Shown here in pieces: positions 33,637 to 46,242 of a stretch of DNA of 64,000 nt. The position numbers and the translations under genes are program-made. The DNA comes from an uncultured Nitrososphaeraceae archaeon (lineage in GTDB: Archaea > Thermoproteota > Nitrososphaeria > Nitrososphaerales > Nitrososphaeraceae), in contig CAVXZB010000032.1 of NCBI GenBank assembly GCA_963765895.1, positions 13,015 to 77,014 on the forward strand. The letters are read 5' to 3'. Within the stretch, counting starts at the first letter, position 1, and every line of letters begins with the position of its first letter. The notes below the pieces were generated by a model. That model did no database searches, was not told where the DNA came from, and worked only from the letters and a program-made list of their open reading frames with translations.

Positions 33637-33846
33637 CTATCTCTCTACACTGAATGAAAATTTAATACCTGTTCTGTATTGAGTTATTTTGCCTGTATTA
33701 GGATCTACTTGTGCAGTCTGATCTACTATTTCTATTCCGTGTATGCCACGTATGGTCTTTACAGCCTCATTCACTGCGATCTGGGCAGCATCTTCCCATC
33801 CCCTGTCAGAAGTTCCTACAATTTCTTCGATTTTGGCAATTGACAT
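33637..33846 (-). CDS. Dodecin-family protein
   Basis: AKIEEIVGTSDRGWEDAAQIAVNEA...ITQYR...FSF. Confidence 0.88.
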   Translation of the reverse strand: MSIAKIEEIVGTSDRGWEDAAQIAVNEAVKTIRGIHGIEIVDQTAQVDPNTGKITQYRTGIKFSFSVER

Positions 33847-34206
33847 TCTAGTTAGTTAGATTTTATCTTAAATAAAAGTTCAGATCGAATATTGTCAAAT
33901 CTAGTATAAATAACAAATTAATTTAAAAGATTGCATACGCACTCTTAATTCGTATATTTCATTTAGGAAATAAGCCACTCGTAAGAAAAGATTAATCGTA
34001 CAAACCAATATAGATTCACATCAGTACTTACCATATTTTCTGATGATATACTAAAGTCTAGTAAAGTATACCAGGAATGATATAGCCCAATTGGGAATAA
34101 TAATTTTTAATTTGTTAAAATGTTCGAATATAATTTTTTATATTATTTCTATCGTTTTAGCATGTTATTGAGATATATTTAATTGCTATAATTGCAAGTA
34201 GTTATT

Positions 34207-34710
34207 ATGGCTAAATTACAAAAGACTGTTCCTAATATATCGTTAACAAAAAGTACTTCAAAACAAAAAAGAAAAAATATTGGACGGGTGGGAAAAGTAA
34301 CCAAAACAAAAGCACCAAAATTAGAAGATATTAATATACTTCTCAGATTATCTGAGCTATATAATACAACTATAGACTTTGAGGCTGCGGAATGGTTCTG
34401 GAGTAAAATGCATAAGGACGAAATTCCATCATCAATCCAAGAGTTTGAGAATAAATACCCTCAGGGTAGCAGAGAATTTCAGCTATTTGAAAGATTTACT
34501 TCCAAGTTTGAACTTGCAGGACTATTGATAAAATATGGATTTCTTAATGAAGGTCTTTATTTTGATAGATTTGGAAGCTTACATACTGAATGGGAAAGAT
34601 CCAAAGATATTATTATGGGGATAAGAAAAGAATGGAATGATCCAAAATTTAGAGAAAACTTTGAACTATTATCCATTAGAGCCAAGAAATGGCTTGAGGA
34701 TCATCAGTAA
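34207..34710 (+). CDS. Hypothetical protein (DUF4760-like helical domain)
   Basis: FELAGLLIKYGFLNEGLYFD...W...ENFELL; likely start MAKLQ. Confidence 0.6.
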   Translation: MAKLQKTVPNISLTKSTSKQKRKNIGRVGKVTKTKAPKLEDINILLRLSELYNTTIDFEAAEWFWSKMHKDEIPSSIQEFENKYPQGSREFQLFERFTSKFELAGLLIKYGFLNEGLYFDRFGSLHTEWERSKDIIMGIRKEWNDPKFRENFELLSIRAKKWLEDHQ

Positions 34711-34948
34711 ATAACTCATGGTTAAGACATGATATGAAATGAAAATAATAATAACTAGGCTAAGCACATAACTATTACTAAGTTAACAATAATTTTTTTG
34801 AATAACCTGAAAAGTATGTTACTTCCTGCTACACGAAGATCAAGCTGCTATTAAATAGCACAAATAGTTTGCTAACACCATATCTTGAGAATATCCTAAC
34901 TAGCTAGTTTTGAGAAAAACGAAAGTGAGTTATGTTTTTCTTTCTTTT

Positions 34949-35679
34949 CTACTTCAAATACTTGGCAAACCACTTAGTTGCAATGCGAGCAACTTCTTCT
35001 AGTTTTCCTGGTTCTTCAAATAGATGTGTGGCTCCTGGTACAGATTACAAGCTTCTTTTTCATATTCTCAATATCATTACTTTTGAATTCCTTTAGCGAA
35101 CGCTTTTTCTCTAATGCCTATTTATTCAGATCGATAACAGGAACATCATTTCCTCCAACAATAAGAAGTGTGGATGCCTAGACTTTTTGGTAAATTACCA
35201 ATTCCAGCTAGATTTGGTCTTCCGCCTCTAGAAACGATTGCATTAATGGTATTAGGACGCTCAGCTGCTGCTACAATTGCTGCAGCTGCACCAGTACTTG
35301 CACCAAAATATCCGATCTTAAAATTCATGTTTTCTAATTTTTGGTTAAGCCAATAAGTAACTGCACTTAATCTTTGAGAAAGTATGCCTATGTCAAATCT
35401 TAGATGTCGTGTTTGTGTATCGATCTCTTCTTCCTGTTCAGTTAAGAGATCTATGAGCAGAGTAGCAATACCTTCATTCTGAAGAACTTGGGCAACATAT
35501 CTATTTCTAGGACTATGTCTGCTACTTCCACTCCCATGAGCAAATATGACTATTCCATGTCAATTTCTAGGAATGTTCAGATCAGCTTCTAGGACTATTT
35601 CTTGGCCACCATCTGTTGTCGGTAGACGGATTAATTAATAGTCTCCTTGTTCTTCTTTTTTAATAGTACCATTACTCAT
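34949..35679 (-). pseudogene. Dienelactone-hydrolase-like alpha/beta hydrolase, frameshifted
   Basis: IFAHGSGSSRHSPRN, GYFGASTGAAAA, VSRGGRP and GATHLFEEPG spread over three frames. Confidence 0.85.
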
Positions 35680-35709
35680 GGTAGAGGATTCTATATACAT
35701 AATATTTTA

Positions 35710-35889
35710 TTACAGTCCTGGAGCATCTGCAAATCCCTCTATTCCGTCTAAAACCATTGAATGATTACTAGGGGTACAGCAGTCACAATTGGATTTCATG
35801 CAATCTAATGCGATCTTGTGATCACATATTTTACAAGTGCATATACTGTCGCCAAATTGCATTATTCTAGGAGTATCATTTAAACTCAT
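35710..35889 (-). CDS. Small cysteine-rich protein (59 aa)
   Basis: MSLNDTPRIMQFGDSICTCKICDHKIALDCMKSNCDCCTPSNHSMVLDGIEGFADAPGL; not in the ORF track. Confidence 0.65.
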   Translation of the reverse strand: MSLNDTPRIMQFGDSICTCKICDHKIALDCMKSNCDCCTPSNHSMVLDGIEGFADAPGL

Positions 35890-36072
35890 TTTGAATGTAT
35901 ATTAGTATTAAACTATAACGAATTTAACTCTTCTAATTTAATATACCAACACTACAGCTGGTGGTATTAGTAGTGGTTATTATTAATTGAAACTTACGGT
36001 CAACAAGCCATTTATTAATTTTTTCATGCAAGTTTAAATAGCAATAAAGTTAAGATTATCTATAGTGGGTTA

Positions 36073-37008
36073 GCCATTGAAGCGTATCTATGCTTTGAGC
36101 CGCATAGAGAAAGTATAGAAGATTATGCAAGAGCTACTGCATTTGTACCTGAATCCTGTGAAGATGAAGTTATTGATATGCTATTGGAATTGCGTAGTAA
36201 AGCTAGTCAGTATAAAACCGATAGATTGGGAAAAAGAGAGGAATATTTTAATGCAGAACAAAATGCAATTGTTACAAAAAATGCCGAATTATATTATCGC
36301 AAGATGATACAGGGTGGTACTGCTACGTGGAATATACGTGATACTCATATGATGGACACTCTTAAACGTCTAATGAATTTTTATGATGGCAAGTATGATG
36401 ATCGTGGTAGTAAAGACATTAATAATAATAATAATAATTTACGCTCAAAATCAATTGTCTGGGCACATAACACACACGTGGGTGATGCCAGGCAAACAGA
36501 TATGGCAACTGCCAAAATGATAAATATAGGACAGCTTGTGCGTGAACATGCTTCTGAGCAAAATGTCATGATAGTTGGTTTTGGAACATACAAAGGAACC
36601 GTTATTGCTGCAAAAGAGTGGGGTGAAAAGATGGAAAAAATGAATGTGCCTCCTGCAGTAGAAGATAGCTGGGATAATCTTATACACAAGAGAACAAATG
36701 GCACCAACAGTATTCTCCTATTCAGAGGTGAAAGTGATCAAAGAAATAAGGCTGAAGAAGCCTTTGCTCTTCACAGCAAAGAAAGAATCAAGGATGATAA
36801 TATAAAAAGAAAAAAAGGCCAGAGAGCAATCGGAGTTGTATATCACCCGGAATACGAAAAATACGGAAATTATGTACCCACTACTCTTGCCAAAAGATAT
36901 GATGCTTTTCTATATATCGATGAAACACATGCTTTAAGTCCGTTGCATATGCCAGAGATTAAGGAAGAGTAAAGCAAGCTTCCGGAGACTTTTCCTTCAG
37001 GGTTATGA
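36073..37008 (+). pseudogene. 5'-truncated erythromycin-esterase-family gene
   Basis: NAELYYR, WNIRDTHM, VWAHNTHVGDAR, QRAIGVVY and YDAFLYIDETHAL. A premature stop at 36972 precedes LPETFPSGL*. Confidence 0.85.
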
Positions 37009-37340
37009 ATCAGTAAAAATGGCTTGTTTTTTACTATCATATTATTATAATATTTCTTTGCTGCTCTGTCTGTCTTGCATATATAAAATATTTCCTATAT
37101 TACTAGAGTGCCTAGCAAGTTTACTGGCTTTTAGATTAGACTTTTCATAATAACAAGTAATGACATTACGATATCATTTCTCCTATATAGGTTACCATCC
37201 ATAAGATTGCAATATTCATGAATTGCGTGATAGAATACGCATAATGATTACGGAGAAACATGAGAGGGAAAAACACTTTTTTTAAATCTAATATATAATT
37301 ACTATATAATTTGTTCAACAAGATAATTTACAAGTAGATA

Positions 37341-37822
37341 TATGACCTCAAAAGAAGAAGAAGCAACGAAAAGACATGGATAGATTTAATCAACGAGTCA
37401 GTCCAGACAAGTGACGATATAGATATTGGAGATATACATGCTGTAAGTAGAGATTTTGTACTGTAAGTAGAGATTTTGTCGTAGTAAAAAGAGGAATAGA
37501 GTTTATCCATTTTATCGAGCTTCATATCAGCATGGTTGAATGATATATAATGTGTTATGGATCCAAATTTTAAATGCGAATTAGCAATATGAGAGAGATA
37601 AAACCAAATGTTAATCTAATGATAAAGATAATGCAAATCATACTTCAACAGTTTTATTTCAGCCAGATAAAGAAGACTACTATACATATCATTAGAAAAG
37701 GTTATCTCAGAAGAGTTTACTCTTCTTCTAATGTACCACGTTTGTATAAATGTGGTTTATGTGATAAGGTCTTTAAGTCAGAAGATGAATTAAGCAACCA
37801 TGTTAAATCAGCTGCACATTAA
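37341..37822 (+). pseudogene. Decayed PRC-barrel-like protein with a C-terminal C2H2 finger
   Basis: WIDLINESVQTSDDIDIGDIHAVSRDFV is broken by a 20-bp duplication at 37441-37480; YKCGLCDKVFKSEDELSNH at the end. Confidence 0.6.
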
Positions 37823-38253
37823 TATAATTAGGACAGATTCTATAAAAATATATTAAGTTCAATCTGTGAAAATGTATCAACTATCAAAACAACTAACTAA
37901 CAGATCATAATTCTGGTTAATCATCTGAAAATGGATAGGTAATATCTTGCAACAGTCTAGACACAATGAGCCTAGAACATTAAATATCTCTGCATCCTTG
38001 TTTTTACATTTTTCGCAGTTATTAGTTGAATTTAGTATAACTGACATTGTAATATTTGCAACATCAAAGATATAAAGAAAAATCCTTTGTAACTAATTTT
38101 TGATAAGTCAAAGAAATCAATGGATGCTATATAGATACATTCTATTTTGTATCATGGTATTAGATTTAACTACAAGGTATTAGTGATTACTATATTATAA
38201 TCAAGTATCCACATAGATTAGATTTAGAATGAATAAAAAAGACTTCATATTAT

Positions 38254-38894
38254 CTAGTCTATCTTTACCTCCTTCTCTTTAAATTTAGTCTGATCTTTCT
38301 TCTTAAATGTTATTTCAAGTATACCATTATTGTAGGTAAATCTAGCTGTTTCAACATCAACTTCTTCTGGTAAATTAATAATTTCGTGATACTTTTTTTC
38401 TGCGCCTTCAGTAGTTTGTACTTCAACTGAGCTATCATAGGCACTAATTTTAATGTTGGACTTGGTAACTCCGGGCATTTCGACAATAACTTTTACATCT
38501 TTATCTGTTGTTGTTACATCAGCTAAAGGTTCTCGTTCTGAGGATATCTCTGGTGTTGTTCTAAAAAAGCCCTGCCTCGTAACGGAGATTTTACATTGCC
38601 AAACTCTCTAACCTTTGGTTTACCATCAGGATCAACCGTCATTGAATATCCATAATCAAATGGACCATATTCTTTTACATTGGCTCCTTCAGTAGTTACA
38701 TCTTCTCTTATCAAATCCTCTAAATCTCTAGTTTGCATGGTTTTGACTATATGTGATTTTGTTGCATATCTCTGATGAGCTCATCAATATTTTAAGTATT
38801 CGGAAATGAAGTCCGCATGTAGATTTCGTCTGTAGTGTAAGAATCGATTGAGCCAGTCAAATGGTTCGATATCGCCACCTTCTGGATAACTCAT
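38254..38894 (-). pseudogene. hsp20: Archaeal Hsp20 small heat-shock protein, frameshifted
   Basis: GPF.YGYSMTV.PDGKPKVREFGNV, EREPLADV, VEMPGV and YNNGILEITF in several frames. Confidence 0.88.
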
Positions 38895-39518
38895 GCACGG
38901 ATATACCGATTTTATTACTTTTATAGATTCCAAATGTGGCAGGTGTAGTTGTTTAGAAAAAACAAAGAAATGATGCAATTATAGCCAATAAGATAATATC
39001 AAGGGTTTTAATAGTCGTCATGAACTCTGCTTTGATAAGAAGGTATTCCCGATTTTATTACATGCAAATAAGAATCAGGTAATTTAAACAAAATTAGTTA
39101 TTTGGAGAAATCGTGAAAACATAATTTTGACCCTGGGATTAGATCCTTGGCCTAGATATTCTTTCATTATTGCATATACTATAGATACTATTAATCATCA
39201 TAAGCCAAGATCATCTCCAACAACAACTGTATACTAAGTAATAAAAATGGATATAGTATGTTTTCAAGGATCGGGTGCTGCTATTATATGGGAAAGGTAC
39301 TCAAATCAGCTTCCGGCACAATTATAACTACAACCATTACGAATGTCATTTACAAATCTCGTGCTAGCTAATGCCAAGCCGTTGCCATAACTAGAGCAGG
39401 ATGAAAAATGATCACTAAGTATCCTACAAGACAAAAAATTACCAATGAGGTGATATTACTTTCAAATAATAATATTACCTCGTGAGATTATTAAATATCT
39501 TATAGATCATAATTAAAT

Positions 39519-39942
39519 ATGGTTTCGACTAGTAAAAAAAGATCTTCTATCCGATCGTCTAAAGGAGGGGAGACAAGTGCGAATTACATGATCAAAGGAG
39601 CAGGAAAGAATAATACAATGAGAAATAAATCAAAACAAAAAGATAGTGTTGTTGGTAGGTTTAAGAAAAAAGTAAAAGGTGTCAAAGATAAAGTTGTTGA
39701 TAATGCGGATAAGACTGCTGCTGCGACCACGCGAAAAGCCAAGTCTACTGCAAACAATTCTACCAATAACCGTGGTAGGAAATATGAAAAAGGGTCACCA
39801 GATACAGAAACTCCTAAGAGTACGGGATCCCACTAAAGAATATGAAGCCAAGGAACCAATCTCACCAGCTAAAATAAAACAGCATAAACCTACCGCCGTT
39901 CGAAGAAATGCAAGTGTTCAAAAAATCATAGAATTAGAATAA
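39519..39942 (+). pseudogene. Basic hydrophilic protein, frameshifted near 39830
   Basis: ORFs 39519-39836 and 39679-39942 overlap; the C-terminal KEYEAKEPISPAKIKQHKPTAVRR motif recurs at ~55870. Confidence 0.55.
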
Positions 39943-40677
39943 AAGAAGGAGAGTTTGAGAATAATCAAAAAATTAGAATAGACATTTAACTAATAAATGT
40001 CACGGCTGAAACTGATTGGAGATAGAAGGGATTTTCCTCTTGTCAATGTTTGCAATATGGTAATTTGGATCTATAGTTGACACTTCCAAAAGATAGAGCC
40101 AATATATTCCACTCAGTTTCTATTATGGGATCAGAATAACAATAAGGCGACCTAATAAGGCGACTATCATTACCTAATCCTTACACTCTAAATAATTTAT
40201 TCCTGGATAATTAGCCTGTGACATTAGGCTAAAACAAAGCAATTTCTAAAAGTTAAAATTCTGCGGAGTACTATATAAGTGAAAACAAGGGATCTAAATA
40301 ATATAGGTATATGTTAGTAACGGATGGCCAGATTGTGACAGCGAAGACAATCCGATAGTAGTTAAGAGGTCCTGCCTTATATCGTTAGTGTTACATTAGC
40401 AAGAGATGAAATATCTATTAGCATGGAAGACTTGCGTAATTACAAGAAACTCAAATGAATTGGCTACCCAATCTGTCGGCCGTCCAAAGAAGGCAGAAAT
40501 GAATCTTGCCTATGTGATATATTTGAATATATGGAGAACTTGTTAATTATGACTAGTGAAATATAAAACAAAGAACAACAATTCTGATATATATTCTGGA
40601 ATACTTTAGATTAGCCAATATCAAGTCTTGTTCATTTCATAGTGTTAAATCTTATGTAGTTTAAGTCATATCATAAC

Positions 40678-41349
40678 ATGGTAAACGGCAGAGATAATAA
40701 TAATACTAATATCGCCAATATAAATTGGAATGAGGTGTTAAAGCAAGATACTAGAAGTATAGATGATGTATACCTAGGCAAGGTCAAGGGACTATATGAA
40801 CCACTTATAGTTATTGAGAAGGGTACAATAAATAAAGAAAAACTCTATATTCCAAAATCTGTTATTGAAAAATATGATGCAGATATATTGTACTTGAGTA
40901 TAACAGAACAAGAAGCAAAGGACACCTATAAGCGAGAAGCACCTCCAACAGAGGATGAGATCAGACAAATAGAGAAAATTACAGAAAATAGAATTCTGGC
41001 ATCTAGAAGTAAAATCGAAATTACAATGCATGAATCACGTCAAGAAGAAAAAGAACAACGACAGCATCCAAAAAAGGATGAAAAGAAAACAATAGTAGTT
41101 AGTAAAATAAAGGAAGTTAAAGAAGATCTTACATTAACGTCATCAAAAAGTCTTTCAATGCTCAAAATTGATAAGGTAGGAATAAATAATAGGTTAAAAA
41201 AGGTGGCAAATGGACTCAAAGATATACTAACTTTAGGAACGAAGATAGCAAAGGAGAAGATCTGGGAAGGAAAAGATATAATAAAAGAAAAGATAAAGAG
41301 AACGACTAGAATTAGCAGAGCTTATGTTAAGCGTAAGACATCCATTTAG
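40678..41349 (+). CDS. PRC-barrel-like protein, paralogue of 49369-50577, probably 3'-truncated
   Basis: INW....QDTRSIDDVYLGKVKGLYEPLIVIEKGTINKEKLYIPKS, with near-identical DNA to ~49464-49590. Confidence 0.7.
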   Translation: MVNGRDNNNTNIANINWNEVLKQDTRSIDDVYLGKVKGLYEPLIVIEKGTINKEKLYIPKSVIEKYDADILYLSITEQEAKDTYKREAPPTEDEIRQIEKITENRILASRSKIEITMHESRQEEKEQRQHPKKDEKKTIVVSKIKEVKEDLTLTSSKSLSMLKIDKVGINNRLKKVANGLKDILTLGTKIAKEKIWEGKDIIKEKIKRTTRISRAYVKRKTSI

Positions 41350-41883
41350 GAAATTCAATACAATATCTTAATTATATTAGGAACACCAATAATAATTCAT
41401 AGCTATGAAGAATATATCAAGATGTACATCTTGTAAATTGACATCTGGTAACAATGAACATCGTTGGTTTGCTGATGCGGTACAACCATTAAAATTTAAT
41501 AGCATAAGATGTTTTTTTCAGAAAATTAGCTAATGTATCTATCATCGATAATGGAATGGCGGGTATGGTTATTGCATAAATAGTTTCAATGCAAAATTTG
41601 ATTCGGGATAATTCATCAATAATTTTAAAGTTTTTCTTTTGTACCCCAGAATGTCCTTAGCTGTTGAGTATGGCCATGTTATTAATAAATTGTTTTGGTG
41701 AGATCTATCACATAGAAATTTAAACGACTGAAGATCTTGAGAAAGAAGGAGTGGGTAAGGATAAGACAGTTATTAAAGTAAGCAAAGAAGCCAGTATGAC
41801 TTAATTCATTGAAAGTATAGGTTCACTTCTGGATGGAGTGACTTATTGAAAGGACAGATCATTAGGTTATAATATAATTTAAC

Positions 41884-42282
41884 TCAATGTTCTTCTAAAA
41901 ACTTCTTCAAATTGTTAACTTCTATATCAAATCCTTTAAGTTGTTCCTGAAACTGATCATCTAAAAGTCCATCTGGTCTCATAAACATCCATGTGGTCGT
42001 AGAACCTTCCTCATTAGGGACTACTCTCATGTATACATTCCATTCTAATCCTCCACCTACAAATGTATGGTCAAGTATCCCCAGATTTTGAAATGGTTTG
42101 ACTTTTACCTTTGATTTACCTGAAACAATATGATCAAACTGCCACCAATCATCATCACCTCTCGTAACTGATTTTATTGCACCTCCTATCTCCATATTCT
42201 TGACATTAGAAAAGAATTCAAATACTTGATTTGCAGGTTTGTTAACGGTTAGGACTTTTACAATAACTTGCTTGGGAGCCAT
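41884..42282 (-). CDS. SRPBCC/START-like protein
   Basis: TVNKPANQVFEFFSN, GILDH.F, MRVVPN..GS and LKKFLE motifs. Confidence 0.75.
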   Translation of the reverse strand: MAPKQVIVKVLTVNKPANQVFEFFSNVKNMEIGGAIKSVTRGDDDWWQFDHIVSGKSKVKVKPFQNLGILDHTFVGGGLEWNVYMRVVPNEEGSTTTWMFMRPDGLLDDQFQEQLKGFDIEVNNLKKFLEEH

Positions 42283-43618
42283 GGTCTACTATGACATCCG
42301 TTTAGTAGGATATTTATTCCTTAATTCCATCCAGGAATAGTTCATGCATTTGATAATACCCATTAAGAATTTACATCTCAGTGTCCTTTCAAACCTCAGT
42401 GGCCTTATCCCATATTTCTTTCCTAATAGCTTTACTAATCAATTGATTAAGTAACCTAGGTTATTCTAGTTTTTGGACTATTGTTTATTAATTGACTGTT
42501 GTTTTCATGAGCCTCCAATCCCTCATGATATTCGTCTAGCATGTGTTCTATCACATAGTGCAAGAGGGTAGAGGAAGTGAAACTTTCAAATAGTCCACTT
42601 TCAAAGAGATATTCCGCCAGCAAATTGAATCTGTTATGAAGGTCTACGGAAACTTTAGTAGAGATTACTTTATTTTGCAGGCGAACTATGCGGTCATTAT
42701 CATCCCATTCGTTTTGTTGGTAGACTCACTCAGATACCTCAGTAATAGTGTGGAGCGTGATTAGAGATCGACCACTCGGGACGATTATAACGTCTAGGTA
42801 GACCTGTGCAATCTACTCTGGTCTATCACAGATTTGATGAGACTTAAGAGATTATTATCTGCAACGTGCTTCAGCGCCTACGTTAAGTTTAACTATAGTC
42901 ACTATTGCAAATGTATTAGTTTAGATATTGTTTAGACACAATTTATGCTTGACTGATATACCAATATCTGATATTTTATTTTATAGGAGTTGCGATATTT
43001 TTGGTTTCGATACCTCATCAAATACTGAAATAGTATTGAGGAAAATAACACGTCCTTACATATTGTAACTTACCCCTGGTACCTCAGCTACTCTACTAGT
43101 ATTGATTATTAAGAAACAAGTTTTCTGGAGGTTCGGAGGTTGCGAAGGTAGTTACTATGACATTGGTGTGCCGGGACTATGATGAGTTGAGATTCTAGAT
43201 GATTTGTATAAGATATATGTCTAGCTGCTAAGGATATCACTAGAGACTATAGCGTGAAATTCTAGAAATATAGAGTATAATTCTAATCCGTCAGGGTTGA
43301 TTTTCTATAGGTCAGCAACTGGATCTATCAAGGAAGCAATGTGTGTTATATATTTACAGTAAAAGTAAATCTGAACCACGAAATTGACAACTTTATATTG
43401 TGCTTAGATAATGATTGAAATGTAACGAATCTTTAGAAAGCTATCGATACTAAATTTTCTAACATCCTTTGCAGAATACAAAGCTTCAGCAGAATCGACC
43501 CAAATGATCTATGTAACAATTAAGTAAGGAGCATACAACAAAAATAGCATTGGTAACAATGATGCAGCTCAAATCTTATAAAGACAATGGCTTAGTATTC
43601 ATCATTGTAAATCGAAGG

Positions 43619-43740
43619 TGGTACTTACAAGAGTAGAGAAGGAAGAAGTAGTCGAGAAACTATATGAAGAAGGAAAGACAATTCGTGAAATCGCAAAACA
43701 AGTACACATGTCACTTGGTCCGATAGGAAATAATAGAACA
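43619..43740 (+). pseudogene. HTH gene remnant of a type seen in thaumarchaeal mobile elements
   Basis: VLTRVEKEEVVEKLYEEGKTIREIAKQVHMSLGPIG. Confidence 0.55.
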
Positions 43741-44833
43741 AATAGGTGTCCATAAATGAGCAACTAGATCTTCTGGTATGAGGAGAACCATAAATAGCTG
43801 GTTCATGTTGGGTAAGTTTCTTGCCATACCGCAAATAATATTATGATTAAAAGTACAAATCCAGCAGCAGTAAGGATTTTCGCAATCTTTGTGCGGCCAG
43901 CTAATGCTAGTACACCAGAAATTGCAAATGGTAATATCATTTCCCAGGTTATTGCAAATGCTTCGGCTATAATTCGGGTATATTTGGATTAATTGTTGTC
44001 ATACTTGCCAGAATTAAGACACCAACGATTACCGTTGCATCGATCTGAGCTATATCTCTATCTTCAAACACCGTGAAGTAAATACATGACTTTAAATAAG
44101 GTTTTTGGTAAATCTTGCCTAAATATCTATGTTAGGTTCTGTTTAATCTGACTAGTGTTACATAATGCTGGTGAAAAAGTGTTGGTATTAAAAAGCTAGG
44201 CTCTACGAATGTTTACTCAAATAGATGATATAGATAGTCTCAATCATCCAATATCACTTATCCCTACTCTGGAAGACTTGAAACGGGTCCTATTCGAACC
44301 GGTTTATCCCGAACTAGAATTCGTTATCCCTCAAAAGCGACCGATGTAGAAGACATAAAGTCGGCGGCGTTTCTGGCCCAAGCAGCCACTAGAACACTTT
44401 GTACTCCAGCTAGGGTATCCACTATAATCTCGACAATAATGAATAGGTTGTCGGAACAAGTGCATGATTTTAATGAAGAATGTATTAGCCATGGTGGAAG
44501 AACAAGAATTTTCAATGCAGACGACAGTACAAAGCTATCGATGGATGGTTTGCTTAAGAAATATTACTCAGAATAGTGCAAAAAATTGTAGCAAAGCCAT
44601 ATTTGTGCAATATGTCAATAAAGATTCGACTATTATAGATATCGCAGCAACGAATCGTAATTTTATAATTTCTTGGTTATAATCATTCCTGTAAAAACTG
44701 GACCGATAGATTGCTGACAGATCATCAGTTACATGTCAACTATCAATTATCTTTCAGTTTGAATTTGGTGAATGCTTGTCCTCTGTAATTAATTTTCCAG
44801 GACTCAATTAGCGCAAATGAGCATATCGTAAGA

Positions 44834-45139
44834 ATGAAGCCTAGAAATACCTTTAAATCGTTAATAGCTCCATCTGATGGTATGGCGAAAGGGCCAGACC
44901 TGAAAATTCTAGGTATCATTGCTAAACTGGCACGGAATGATGTCCACAAAGAAGTTCTTGAAACAGAGATAATTGCACTAAGTGAGCTTTCAGAGTCCGA
45001 AGTGAGGAATCACCTGGATGAATTGGAATGGCTGCATTTAGCAAAAGAAGCATTACCCAAAGCTAGTCGTGCAGAATTTAGGTTGTGGAATGTAACAGAG
45101 AAAGGATTGCAGCAATTATCTAGTCAGAACACTGGATAG
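44834..45139 (+). CDS. Small winged-helix protein
   Basis: IIALSELSESEVRNHLDELEWLHLA...WNVTEKG. Confidence 0.65.
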   Translation: MKPRNTFKSLIAPSDGMAKGPDLKILGIIAKLARNDVHKEVLETEIIALSELSESEVRNHLDELEWLHLAKEALPKASRAEFRLWNVTEKGLQQLSSQNTG

Positions 45140-45189
45140 TTACGGTTTTGCAGAGATCTAACTATTCATTTTTAATTTATTCTATCTAT

Positions 45190-46242
45190 CTACTTACTAG
45201 ATGTAGAAGATTTCCAATCAGCTTTAATTGGTGGCGATTTTCCTCCTTTCAGTTTTTGTATAAAGTTATAGGCTGACAACGCTGCAATACTTCCTTGACC
45301 TGCGGATATCACAGCTTGTTTGTATGGTACATCCGTAACATCACCGGCTGCAAATATTCCCTGCCTAGATGTGGCACAATATTTGTCTACAATGATTTCA
45401 TTGCTATTATTTAATTGAACCAAACCTTTTACAAAATCTGTCTTTGCAATGTATCCCATCTCCACAAATACACCATCTACATCAAGTTTGGATTGTGATG
45501 ATGAGGATGAGGATGATTTGGTCTTGGCATTAGTAAGAGTTAACGATTCAACCTTTAATGTACCATTAATTGCCTTTACAATTGAATTAGAGATAAATGA
45601 TACGTTATTTTCATCCTGTTGTAACAATCTAATGGTTTCTTCTGTACCTATAGGAGTATTGGTTTGATAAATTATGTATATTTTTGAAGCTATCCCTTTA
45701 AGTAATAACGCAGCATCCAAAGATGGATCACCGACGCCAACTACTGCCACTATCTTTTGCTTAAATAAAGGACCATCACAAACAGCACAATAAGAAACTC
45801 CTTTTCCTTTCAATTGTTGTTCTCCAGGTACATTAAGATCTCTCGGGGTTTTACCAAAAGCAAGTATTACTGCAGATGCTAAATATTCATTATTGTTACC
45901 TGTTATTATTTTAAAATAATTCTTTGCAGATTTGTTGTTGTTTTTTTCTTCTTGTTCTCGCTCTTCTTGTTTATGTTCTATGATAGAAGTAACTTCTTCG
46001 TATGCAAATTTTGTTCCAAAATTTCTAGCTTGTGATTCAAATTTAGTCATAAGTTCATAACCACCGATGTGATCAAACGCAGGATAATTTTCTATTTCAC
46101 TTGTTAAAAGTGCCTGTCCTCCAATGTCTTTTGTAATTAATAATGTATTTAGACCCTGGCGACTAGCATATACTGCTGACGATAGACCTGCAGATGCTCC
46201 TCCAATAATTATGATATCCCACTTATCTAACGGACGTGACAT
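45190..46242 (-). CDS. trxB: Thioredoxin reductase
   Basis: IIIGGASAGLSSAVYA, GGQ, GKGVSYCAVCDG, GIFAAGDVT and QAVISAGQG motifs. Confidence 0.92.
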   Translation of the reverse strand: MSRPLDKWDIIIIGGASAGLSSAVYASRQGLNTLLITKDIGGQALLTSEIENYPAFDHIGGYELMTKFESQARNFGTKFAYEEVTSIIEHKQEEREQEEKNNNKSAKNYFKIITGNNNEYLASAVILAFGKTPRDLNVPGEQQLKGKGVSYCAVCDGPLFKQKIVAVVGVGDPSLDAALLLKGIASKIYIIYQTNTPIGTEETIRLLQQDENNVSFISNSIVKAINGTLKVESLTLTNAKTKSSSSSSSQSKLDVDGVFVEMGYIAKTDFVKGLVQLNNSNEIIVDKYCATSRQGIFAAGDVTDVPYKQAVISAGQGSIAALSAYNFIQKLKGGKSPPIKADWKSSTSSK

